DNA of 64,000 nt from Nitrososphaerota archaeon. Its GTDB lineage: Archaea > Thermoproteota > Nitrososphaeria_A > Caldarchaeales > Calditenuaceae. The stretch's first letter is position 1. The number at the start of each line of letters is the position of its first letter. The stretch lies in the NCBI GenBank assembly GCA_041641295.1, contig JBEPYO010000001.1, positions 1,344,001 through 1,408,000 on the forward strand. Direction: 5' to 3'. The position numbers and the translations under genes were made by a program. This document shows, in pieces, positions 56,267 to 64,000 of the stretch. The notes below the pieces were generated by a model. That model had not been told where the DNA came from, ran no database searches, and saw only the letters and a list, made by a program, of their open reading frames with translations.

Positions 56267-57331
56267 GTGGGTGCAATAGGAGACGAGTTGCCCCGACTCT
56301 CAGGTGTCGCAGTCCACGGCTACGGCGCCTACATACCCATGTTTAGGGTAAAGGCCTCCGAGATAGCTAGGGTTTGGGGTGTGCCAGACTCTGAGCTGCC
56401 CGTACTTGAGAAATCAGTTAACAGCCTCGACGAGGATACAGTTACAATAGCTGCAGAAGCTGCTAGCTACGCCATCGCTAGGGCCGGAATTGAACCCGAT
56501 AGAATCGGCGCCGTCTATGTCGGCTCAGAGTCACATCCCTACGCAGTTAAGCCGACTGGAACAATAGTGGCTGACGTTCTTGGTATTAATAGCAGGCATC
56601 TCAGCGCCGATTTGGAGTTTGCGTGTAAGGCGGGTACTGAGGCGGTGGAGCTAGTCTCCGGGCTCGTGGCGTCTGGCATGATAGAGTATGGGCTTGCGAT
56701 TGGCGCTGACACTGCTCAAGGTAGACCAAGAGACGCACTGGAGTACACAGCTGCGGCAGGCGGGGTGGCCCTACTGATAGGTAAGAGCGGTGACGGAGCC
56801 ATTGCAGACCTAGAATACGCGGCCAGCTACGTCACCGACACGCCCGACTTCTGGAGAAGAAGCCACGAGAGATACCCGATGCACGGCTCAAGGTTCACAG
56901 GCGCGCCCGCCTATTTCCACCACATCATCTCTGCGGCGAAGATGGTGCTGGAGGATGGCTACTCCCTTGACGAGTTCGACTACGTCGTATTCCACCAGCC
57001 GAACACCAAATTCCCATACGCCGCCGCTAAGATGCTTGGCATACCTGCCAAGAAAGTGGAGCCCGGAGTAGTCTGCAACCTCATAGGGAACACGTATGCA
57101 GCCTCATCGATGATGGGTCTCGCGAAAGTGCTCGACCAATCCAAGCCCGGGGAAAGGATTCTCATGGTCTCCTACGGCTCGGGCGCGGGGAGCGACGCCT
57201 TCGTATTCAGGGTTAGGGAGGGAATACTGGATAAGAGAGGAAAAGCACCGCTCGTGAGCGAACTAATAGAGAGGAAGAGACACATTGACTATGCGCTGTA
57301 TCTGAAGGCAAGAGGCAAGATCAGGGAGTAG
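56267..57331 (+). CDS. Hydroxymethylglutaryl-CoA synthase (archaeal)
   Basis: GYGAYIP, DED, GSESHPYAVKP, DLEFACKAGT, DFWRR, FHQPN, GNTY and SYGSGAGSD. Confidence 0.95.
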   Translation: MGAIGDELPRLSGVAVHGYGAYIPMFRVKASEIARVWGVPDSELPVLEKSVNSLDEDTVTIAAEAASYAIARAGIEPDRIGAVYVGSESHPYAVKPTGTIVADVLGINSRHLSADLEFACKAGTEAVELVSGLVASGMIEYGLAIGADTAQGRPRDALEYTAAAGGVALLIGKSGDGAIADLEYAASYVTDTPDFWRRSHERYPMHGSRFTGAPAYFHHIISAAKMVLEDGYSLDEFDYVVFHQPNTKFPYAAAKMLGIPAKKVEPGVVCNLIGNTYAASSMMGLAKVLDQSKPGERILMVSYGSGAGSDAFVFRVREGILDKRGKAPLVSELIERKRHIDYALYLKARGKIRE

Positions 57332-57337
57332 AGACAT

Positions 57338-58492
57338 ATGAGGAAGGTCTACATCGTAGGCGCAAGCCTACTTAAAGTTGACGAGCAGTGGAACCAATCG
57401 ATCGACAGCCTAGTCACACAGGTGGTCGATGGTCTCTCCGAAGTCAGGCCTTGGAAGATAGACGCGATCTACGTCGCCAACGCGTTGGGCGAGATCCTCC
57501 AGAGCCAGGCAAACTTGGGAGCGATAGTTGCGGAGGATATAGGCTTGGCTGGGGTCCCAGCCCTCAGGGTTGAGGCGGGTGGTGCCAGTGGAGCCGCAGC
57601 CCTACTCGCGGGCTACCAAGCCATCCTCTCCGGCCTAGCAGACACGGTCTTAGTCATCGGGGTTGAGAAGTTATCTGACGCGACACCGGAAGAGTCTGTC
57701 TTCCTATCATCCCTCTCAGAGAGATACGACCTGTTGGGTTTTCAGGGTGTTACTGAGGCCGCACTTGCAGCGATGATGTATAGGTTGTATCTCGAGAGGT
57801 ATGAGCTGCCGCAGGAGATGGTGGCCCAATTCCCAGTGTTAATGCATGAGCACGCGTCTAAGGCTCCTCACGCCCAGTACCAGTTCAAGACAACGCTAGA
57901 GAATGTCCTCTCCTCCCCGGTAGTCTCGCCGCCTCTCAGAAGGCTTGAGACAACAGCCCCAGCGGATGGGGCTGCCGCGGTAATACTCTGCAGCTCAGAC
58001 GCCCTACCCACCATCCAGCATGAACAAGTCGTTGAGCTTGCTGGAGCCGCATCATCCACCGACATAGTCTCCCCGTTCGACAGGGAGGACCCATTAAAAC
58101 TCAGCGCAGCGGCCCGCGCCTTCTACGAGGCACTAGCTAGGCCGGGGCTCAGCCGGGAGCAGATTAAGGTATTAGAGATTCACGACTCGTACTCAATTCT
58201 CGCAAACCTCATTCTGGAATCGATAGGCTATTCGGCTGAGGGGGCCAGCGGCCTTGACGCTAAGAATGGAATGTTCGACTATGGCGGCAAGGTCGTCATT
58301 AATACTTTCGGCGGGCTAAAGGCGAGGGGACACCCCCTCGGGGCCACGGGCGTTTATCAGGCTGCAGAGATATTCCTACAGCTGACAGGCAGGGCTGGAG
58401 CCTGCCAAGTCGATGGCGCAAAGTACGGCGCGATGATCAGCCTCGCGGGGCTGGGAAGCTCCGCCTACGCTCTTGTAATGAAGGAGGGGTGA
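57338..58492 (+). CDS. Thiolase-family protein of the HMGCS-thiolase-DUF35 cluster (nucleophile Cys replaced by Gly)
   Basis: GVEKL, DGAAAV, EIHD and GGLKARGHPLGATG; RVEAGGASG instead of RVEAACASG. Confidence 0.88.
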   Translation: MRKVYIVGASLLKVDEQWNQSIDSLVTQVVDGLSEVRPWKIDAIYVANALGEILQSQANLGAIVAEDIGLAGVPALRVEAGGASGAAALLAGYQAILSGLADTVLVIGVEKLSDATPEESVFLSSLSERYDLLGFQGVTEAALAAMMYRLYLERYELPQEMVAQFPVLMHEHASKAPHAQYQFKTTLENVLSSPVVSPPLRRLETTAPADGAAAVILCSSDALPTIQHEQVVELAGAASSTDIVSPFDREDPLKLSAAARAFYEALARPGLSREQIKVLEIHDSYSILANLILESIGYSAEGASGLDAKNGMFDYGGKVVINTFGGLKARGHPLGATGVYQAAEIFLQLTGRAGACQVDGAKYGAMISLAGLGSSAYALVMKEG

Positions 58493-58498
58493 GAAGGG

Positions 58499-58915
58499 TT
58501 GCACGCTGTCTTCCGCCCACCCGTAAACTGGAGGCACCGGAGATTCAGGTACAGGCTGGTCGTTTGGAGATGTCTAAACTGTGGAGCAGTGCACCACTAC
58601 GCCACAAGCATATGTAGGAGGTGCAGGTCAAATAGGGTTGCTGAGGATAAACTCCCCGACCGCGCGAGGCTCATCACCTACACTGTTGTCAAGAACCCGC
58701 CTGTCGCCTTTGAGAAACAGGCCCCCTACATAGTAGGCCTCGTAGAATTCGAGGATGGGACTAGGCTGGTGGCGGGAATAACGGACTGCGACCCCGAAGA
58801 ACTCAAACCCGGGATTGAGCTAGAGAAGGTAGTCAGGAAAATAGCCGAGGACGGCGAGTCTGGACTAATCGTCTACGGATACAAGTTCAGGCCAGTGATA
58901 ACGCGCAGTCACTAG
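58499..58915 (+). CDS. DUF35 Zn-ribbon/OB-fold protein
   Basis: RYRL, CLNCG...CRRC, PYIVGLVE and GLIVYGYKFRP. Confidence 0.92.
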   Translation: MHAVFRPPVNWRHRRFRYRLVVWRCLNCGAVHHYATSICRRCRSNRVAEDKLPDRARLITYTVVKNPPVAFEKQAPYIVGLVEFEDGTRLVAGITDCDPEELKPGIELEKVVRKIAEDGESGLIVYGYKFRPVITRSH

Positions 58916-58987
58916 CCCCGCTATTGGCTGACGGGAAGGTAAATAGCATGGCTGGCCCCATATAATTGGCGGAGGGTTAGGATCGGC

Positions 58988-59674
58988 TTGCCCGGCTTTA
59001 CAGGATGGCTAACCGAGAGAGGTAACACTCCCTCTCCACTATCGACTGGAACGACAACCGTGGGTTTCACCGCAGGCGACATAGTCGTCTTTGCTACGGA
59101 CAGTAGGGCGACTGCAGGCTTCTTTGTGGCGCATAGGAAGGCTAAGAAGGTCTACAAAATCGCCGACCACGCAGCAATGACGATAGCGGGAAGAGTCGCA
59201 GACGCCCAGAGCCTCATAGACCTTATGAGGGCGAACGCACGACACTACGAAGTCACCCACGGAAGACCCATTCAGATCAGGGCTCTCACCAGCCTCCTAG
59301 CCAACCTCATGTTCAGCTACAGGTGGCTACCGTTCCAAGCACAGATTCTACTGGGAGGCGTTGACGATAGTGGCGCCCACATCTTCAGCGTAGACCCCCT
59401 AGGCGGCTTCACAGAGGAGAAGATGGTTGTATCGGGCTCCGGGTCGCCTGTCGCCCTAGGCGTCTTGGAGTCCGAGTATAGGCCAGACCTAAGCCTCGAC
59501 GAGGCGATTAAACTGGCATTCAAGGCGGTGGCTGCAGCGATAAGACGCGACATAGGCTCGGGGGACAGCATAGACGTTGCATACATCTCGCCCGCAACTA
59601 TGTATAGGGAGCTAACAGTCCATGAGAAGGCTCCACTCTACGACCAATTCGTCAAACCCTACCTTCTCATGTAG
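58988..59674 (+). CDS. psmB: Proteasome beta subunit
   Basis: Propeptide then TG|TTTVG; DSRAT, AG.VADAQ, SGSGS and RDIGSG. Confidence 0.95.
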   Translation: MPGFTGWLTERGNTPSPLSTGTTTVGFTAGDIVVFATDSRATAGFFVAHRKAKKVYKIADHAAMTIAGRVADAQSLIDLMRANARHYEVTHGRPIQIRALTSLLANLMFSYRWLPFQAQILLGGVDDSGAHIFSVDPLGGFTEEKMVVSGSGSPVALGVLESEYRPDLSLDEAIKLAFKAVAAAIRRDIGSGDSIDVAYISPATMYRELTVHEKAPLYDQFVKPYLLM

Positions 59675-60134
59675 TCTGACTCTTCTCCAGCTGGTATTTT
59701 ACAACATATTCAAAGTCTTCGGGGGATATAGGGTGGAGGGTTCCCTGCAGGTAGGCGGACCACCGCGCCTTATTCTTGACGAAGCTCATGTTTGGTATTA
59801 CTTCGCTGGCCTCTACGGGGCTGGCCCAGATGACGCCATCAATTCCTATGTAGTGGGTTAGTAGGTTTGATGGGTACCCTTCTATGATGGACTTGATTTC
59901 GTGGGTTATTGGCTGGGGTGGTGATGTGATGACACACTTGCCGGCGATCACTTTACCCATCTTGCTCGAGACATAGAAGAGGCCGGCGTCGCCAGATGCA
60001 ATCCTTTTGCGGTAGGGGTTCTTTGGAGAGATTAGCCAGAAGCCGTGCTTAACCCTGTTAGCTAAGACCTGCATAGCCGGGATGGTCTGTCTCGACCCCG
60101 CCCTGTGGTCCTTCACGACCATTAGCCAGAACAA
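59667..60134 (-). CDS. EVE domain protein
   Basis: FWLMV, FW, IASGDAGLFYVS and MSFVKNKARWSAYLQG...ISPEDF; start placed at TTG 60134 (ORF track gives 60257). Confidence 0.8.
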   Translation of the reverse strand: MFWLMVVKDHRAGSRQTIPAMQVLANRVKHGFWLISPKNPYRKRIASGDAGLFYVSSKMGKVIAGKCVITSPPQPITHEIKSIIEGYPSNLLTHYIGIDGVIWASPVEASEVIPNMSFVKNKARWSAYLQGTLHPISPEDFEYVVKYQLEKSQTT

Positions 60135-60201
60135 TTCAGCGAGTCTAGAATCAGAGGATATATATGCTTTAATCAACAGTATAGCCCAGTGCAAGCTAGA
60201 C

Positions 60202-61332
60202 ATGAACCGGCGGCGCATGCTAATACTTATCTCGGCGGCTGCTGGCGGTATAGTCATTTCAATAGTCTACCTCCTATCCCGCCTACGTATCCAACAAGGT
60301 GAGCAAGCAGGTGCGGAGAAGGATTATGTCGTGGAGACGGTTAAAGAAGGGCTGAATATACCTTGGGAGATAGACTTCATCAGTAGCGATGAGGCCCTCA
60401 TTACCGAGAGAGCCGGCCGTGTTGTTTTACTCACCATTTCCACGGGCAGGAGCCAGGTCTTGGGGCAGATTGATGTAGCCCACGTCGGTGAGGGTGGCCT
60501 GCTTGGATTGGCTCATATAGATCCAGGCCCTCGCCCAATAACCTACTACACGTACAGGGATGGCCCCCGCCTCTACAACCGTGTACATTTGTGGGACACA
60601 CTAGAGTTCAAGGAGGGCGTTGTGCTGCTGGACCGAATACCTGGCGCGTCTGTCCACGACGGAGGTAGGGTCAAGATTGGTCCCGACGCTAGACTCTACA
60701 TTACGACTGGTGATGCGGCAAACCCGGAGAGCGCCCAAGACCTAAACTCTCTGGCAGGAAAGATACTCCGAATCGAAGCCGACGGCTCAATCCCAGGCGA
60801 CAACCCATTCAGTGGCTCTCCCATCTACAGCTATGGGCACCGCAACCCTCAGGGGCTCTCCTGGCGTAGGGGAGGAGAGCAGCTCTTCGCCACAGAGCAT
60901 GGCCCCTCAGGTGAAATGGGTTTAGTGGCGAATGATGAGGTAAACCGCATAGTGCCCGGAGGGAATTATGGGTGGCCACGCGTGGTGGGTAGGCGCGGCG
61001 TTGAGGGGTTCATAGACCCCGTCTATCACAGTGGAAGTGAGACATGGGCTCCATCAGGATGCACCTTCTACTACGGCAGCGACTTCCCCCAGTGGAGTGA
61101 CAACCTGTTCTTCGCAGCACTCCGCGGAGAACATCTACACAGGCTAGCACTCAGTGAAGATGGTGCGAGGGTGGTGGAGTCAGAGAAGCTGCTACAGGGC
61201 GAGTATGGCAGGCTCAGAAACGTTGTACAGGGGCCCGACGGGCTACTCTACATCCTCACAAGTAACAGGGATGGACGCGGCTCGGTGAGACCAGGCGACG
61301 ACAAGCTTTTGAGGCTCGCGCCTAAGAGATAG
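60202..61332 (+). CDS. PQQ-dependent aldose sugar dehydrogenase (GSDH/YliI-like)
   Basis: MNRRR Tat-like leader and TM; GEGGLLG, HDGGR, GPD.RLYITTGDA, GKILR, GHRNPQG, NYGWP and GRLR. Confidence 0.92.
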   Translation: MNRRRMLILISAAAGGIVISIVYLLSRLRIQQGEQAGAEKDYVVETVKEGLNIPWEIDFISSDEALITERAGRVVLLTISTGRSQVLGQIDVAHVGEGGLLGLAHIDPGPRPITYYTYRDGPRLYNRVHLWDTLEFKEGVVLLDRIPGASVHDGGRVKIGPDARLYITTGDAANPESAQDLNSLAGKILRIEADGSIPGDNPFSGSPIYSYGHRNPQGLSWRRGGEQLFATEHGPSGEMGLVANDEVNRIVPGGNYGWPRVVGRRGVEGFIDPVYHSGSETWAPSGCTFYYGSDFPQWSDNLFFAALRGEHLHRLALSEDGARVVESEKLLQGEYGRLRNVVQGPDGLLYILTSNRDGRGSVRPGDDKLLRLAPKR

Positions 61333-61431
61333 CTGCGGCATTATCGAGTAAATACCTGCGTATTCCCTGGGTAGTTTTAAGTGGCCACCTATTACTCACC
61401 TTATATTTAGAAGACCACTTGTGGTGCAGGA

Positions 61432-61800
61432 ATGACTCGCTGCCCAACATGCGCGGCGCCCTGTGTAGAGGGGGCGACATACTGCCCATTCTGCGGCAAC
61501 AAGATCGAGACGGAGCAGAAGGTCGAGACCTACAGGTGCTGGATTCACAAGAATAGGTTCGCTCCCTATCGATGCGAGGTTTGCGGAAAGCTCATCTGCA
61601 AAGAGTGCCGCTACGAGCACTCCTCTAGACCCATATGCAAGGTCTGCTACATCTCAGTAATCCTGCCGAAGAGGGTGGTCACGATGTTTCAGCAGCATGT
61701 TACGATAAGGGAAAGCAATAGTGCTGGTGGGGTGGGGATTATTCTGTTGAAGGATGGTGGCAAGACAGAGCCTACACTCTATAGAGGTGGCGATCTCTAA
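61432..61800 (+). CDS. Zinc-ribbon + B-box-like zinc finger protein
   Basis: CPTC...YCPFCG then CWIH...CEVCGKLICKEC...ICKVC. Confidence 0.78.
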   Translation: MTRCPTCAAPCVEGATYCPFCGNKIETEQKVETYRCWIHKNRFAPYRCEVCGKLICKECRYEHSSRPICKVCYISVILPKRVVTMFQQHVTIRESNSAGGVGIILLKDGGKTEPTLYRGGDL

Positions 61801-61858
61801 ATGCCACATATGCTCTTTACGTCACGCATGGGGTCTGATGTAATAAAACTTATACATT

Positions 61859-62515
61859 ATGGGGCGATGGTATTCAAGCGGGTTCGGCATGGACTCCACA
61901 CCTCTGATTGACGCACTGGTAATAGGAGGCTCTCTCGCGGCCCTAGTAGCCTCTATCCTCGCAATCTACATGGTGACACTCTCCCTACGAGTCTATAGGC
62001 TCTCCCTCACAGCCTACACAAACATACGCGACGCGATCATGCAAATGGCGATTCAGGCGGCTGAAAAGACCGTGGAACAGGCGGCCAAACAAGCCCCTCC
62101 AGAAGAGTTAGCCACAGTTGAGGAACACAGGCCTCAACCAGAAAAAACAGCACCCGAGACAAGGCAGGAACCCTACAGCCACCTCTCAGAGCTAGTAGCG
62201 GGAGAAGGGTTTGAGGCCGCATTAATCTTCGATGATAGCGGACAGGTGATTGACCAAGAGGGCTCCATTGACTCGAATAGGGAGGCCGCACTCCTTACAG
62301 AGGTGATCAGCTCACTCCAGCTTGCGAGAAGCTCTGTGAAGAGCCTACAGATCCAAGAGGACGGTGTACTAGAGTTATTGATACCGGCGGCAGATATAGC
62401 TGGAAGGAGGGTCTACCTCTATGTTAAGGGTTCAAGGGGAGCGGCAGGCATAAACGTCGAGTTACTGAGCGAGAGCGCTAAAAGAATACTCAAGAATCTG
62501 TTAAGTGGGGGTTGA
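61859..62515 (+). CDS. Membrane-anchored protein with C-terminal roadblock-like domain
   Basis: One TM, a P/E-rich linker, then GFEAALIFDDSGQVID...EAALL roadblock pattern; the start may be ATG 61889. Confidence 0.68.
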   Translation: MGRWYSSGFGMDSTPLIDALVIGGSLAALVASILAIYMVTLSLRVYRLSLTAYTNIRDAIMQMAIQAAEKTVEQAAKQAPPEELATVEEHRPQPEKTAPETRQEPYSHLSELVAGEGFEAALIFDDSGQVIDQEGSIDSNREAALLTEVISSLQLARSSVKSLQIQEDGVLELLIPAADIAGRRVYLYVKGSRGAAGINVELLSESAKRILKNLLSGG

Positions 62516-62909
62516 TAACCGGTTGGCGGATATTCAGACACCGTCACCCGAACTTCAGGCACTCCTCGAAGAGGTCATCAAGGTCAGCAGAGGGTCTGTC
62601 GAGGTTGCGATTGTATCTAAGCCTGATGGCACACCCGTGGCTCAGGTAAATGCCTCTTCAGTTGGACCCGAGTATCTTGGGGCTGCAATATCAGCAATAT
62701 CTGGCGTGGTCTCGTCGATCCTAGAAGTTATGCACGTCGGCGACTATCGGCGTATAGTGGTGGAGCTGGATGGCAAACGCTACCTCTTCATATTCCAGTA
62801 CAGAGGCGATGTAGTCGCGCTGATAACAAAGCTGAATCCAAACTTGGGCTTCGTGAACCTGCTCCTCGACCTTTACTTTAAGGAGGAGGAATCCATTGAA
62901 GAGTTTTAA
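62505..62909 (+). CDS. Roadblock/LC7 (MglB-like) protein
   Basis: LQALLEEV...VAIVSKPDGTPVA...LGAAISA...RIVVE...NLG. Confidence 0.87.
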   Translation: MGVDNRLADIQTPSPELQALLEEVIKVSRGSVEVAIVSKPDGTPVAQVNASSVGPEYLGAAISAISGVVSSILEVMHVGDYRRIVVELDGKRYLFIFQYRGDVVALITKLNPNLGFVNLLLDLYFKEEESIEEF

Positions 62910-63429
62910 GATAGTGGTTACCGGCCCATTCAACTCGGGTAAGACCACCCTCGTGAAGACACTTTGCGAACTGAGCATGACTAGTGAGCGCCCATTAACG
63001 AGGGAGGAGGAGAGGCGGAAAAAATCCTCAACTACGGTCGGAATGGACTTCGGCGTGATAGATCTCGGCGACGGATACTATGTCAGGATTTTCGGGACAC
63101 CAGGCCAGCGCAGATTCTCATTCATATGGCACATACTCGCCAAGTCTATGCACGGCTACATATTGATGGTCGACTCCGCGGACGAATCATCAATACTTGA
63201 GGCTCAGGAGGTGCTGGAGGAGTTTCGCAGCATCTATCCGAACACACCCTTCGTCGTAGCTGCAAACAAGCAGGACCTAGAGGGTGCGCTATCTCCTGAG
63301 GATGTGAAGATAGCTATGAGCCTTGGAGATGATGTGTATGTGGTTCCAAGTATCGCCAAGGATCATGAGAGTGCTTGGAACGTCCTTAGAACCCTCTTAG
63401 AAATAATCATTGAAAGGACTAGAACGTGA
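62896..63429 (+). CDS. MglA/CvnD-like small GTPase
   Basis: G1 GPFNSGKTT, G2 TTVGMDFG, G3 GTPGQRRF, G4 NKQD, G5 SIA. Confidence 0.9.
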   Translation: MKSFKIVVTGPFNSGKTTLVKTLCELSMTSERPLTREEERRKKSSTTVGMDFGVIDLGDGYYVRIFGTPGQRRFSFIWHILAKSMHGYILMVDSADESSILEAQEVLEEFRSIYPNTPFVVAANKQDLEGALSPEDVKIAMSLGDDVYVVPSIAKDHESAWNVLRTLLEIIIERTRT

Positions 63430-63432
63430 GTA

Positions 63433-63993
63433 CTAAAGCTTAATCCAAGAGAATAGAATGTACCTTATCTTCCCAGATTCTTGTGGCACCGCTATGATGA
63501 AGTTTTTCCTCACAGTGGTCGCCAGCCTGCCAGCCCTCACGATCTCCGTAGCGCTTATCTCGTCATCCTCCGATTTCACTTGAACTATGTAGGGTGCATG
63601 GTCTATACCGGGCCCATACTTGTAAACAGCAAAGTCGCTTCCAAACTTAATCCCCGGTGTAACAACGAATCCACGCTCGCGTAGATCCCTGTAGACAGAG
63701 TAGAGCTGCCGGTATCTTGCATAGAGCTTTTCGCCTAGCTCTGTAAGCTCCTCCAAGCTGATCGGTCTATCTCCTTTGTAAACCTCTATCAAGCCTTTCT
63801 CCGCTAAATAGCGCGCCTCGATCAGGTCTAGGATAAGTGGTGCGTCGAAGTCGGCGCCCTTCGGCTTTGGGATGCCGAGTGGCTTGCCATAGAACCCCTG
63901 CGAAAAGAGTTTACGCGCGCCTTCCCTATCAAAGACTACTATGTTGGACTCAACGATATCTGCGCGAATCGGGCTCTTCAACCGCTCCTCCAT
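63433..63993 (-). CDS. endA: tRNA-splicing endonuclease, catalytic subunit
   Basis: LDLIEA, VYRDLRERG, GIKFGSDFAVY, GIDHA and RLATTVRK, giving the Tyr-His-Lys triad. Confidence 0.93.
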   Translation of the reverse strand: MEERLKSPIRADIVESNIVVFDREGARKLFSQGFYGKPLGIPKPKGADFDAPLILDLIEARYLAEKGLIEVYKGDRPISLEELTELGEKLYARYRQLYSVYRDLRERGFVVTPGIKFGSDFAVYKYGPGIDHAPYIVQVKSEDDEISATEIVRAGRLATTVRKNFIIAVPQESGKIRYILFSWIKL

Positions 63994-64000
63994 TTTACAG

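Noticed and set aside
29114-61332. PQQ biosynthesis inferred from PqqD plus a PQQ-dependent dehydrogenase
   Set aside because: No pqqA, B, C or E in the window, and the two genes are about 30 kb apart.
154-63684. Numerous short overlapping or antisense ORFs in the track (e.g. 154-504, 3473-3943, 24422-24889, 37430-37867, 41774-42226)
   Set aside because: They shadow well-supported genes and carry no recognisable motifs.
1-64000. CRISPR array, cas genes, transposases, integrases, rRNA genes
   Set aside because: No regularly spaced repeats or recognisable motifs seen; the CARF-like domain has no cas context in this window.

Overview
Archaeal chromosomal window, about 50% GC. Gene content (L15e, S17e, L40e, NAC, EndA, Trm1, Dph2, DUF1512, Vps4, standalone RING proteins) points to the TACK group, most plausibly Aigarchaeota/Caldarchaeales; this taxonomy is an inference. 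Most of the window is housekeeping: translation and tRNA genes, mevalonate genes, a K+-independent H+-PPase, a LIV-type ABC importer, TrpB2 and proteasome-related genes. Four features absent from the ORF track were read from the DNA: the 3' end of ribK, a tRNA with a CAU anticodon (probably Ile2), rpl40e, and a double-guide C/D-box sRNA matching 23S rRNA. The strongest candidate for an undescribed system is an ~18 kb locus (29.1-47.2 kb). It combines a standalone PqqD/RRE protein, small and giant MacB/FtsX permeases, a LolD-type ATPase, two OPT-like transporters, a GT-C glycosyltransferase, sugar-modifying enzymes and an UnbV/UnbU-like pair. The giant permease ends in an apparent Csa3-type CARF domain. 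Other items of note: two paralogous RING E3-like genes (one with 4 TMs) flanking coiled-coil genes; an ArsR + ATP-cone + dead class III RNR-like fusion; a thiolase lacking its catalytic Cys; an orphan Vps4; a membrane-anchored roadblock/MglB/MglA module; and a 281-bp tandem duplication carrying a palindromic operator. No CRISPR array, transposase or integrase was seen. All family assignments are from motif recognition, without database searches.
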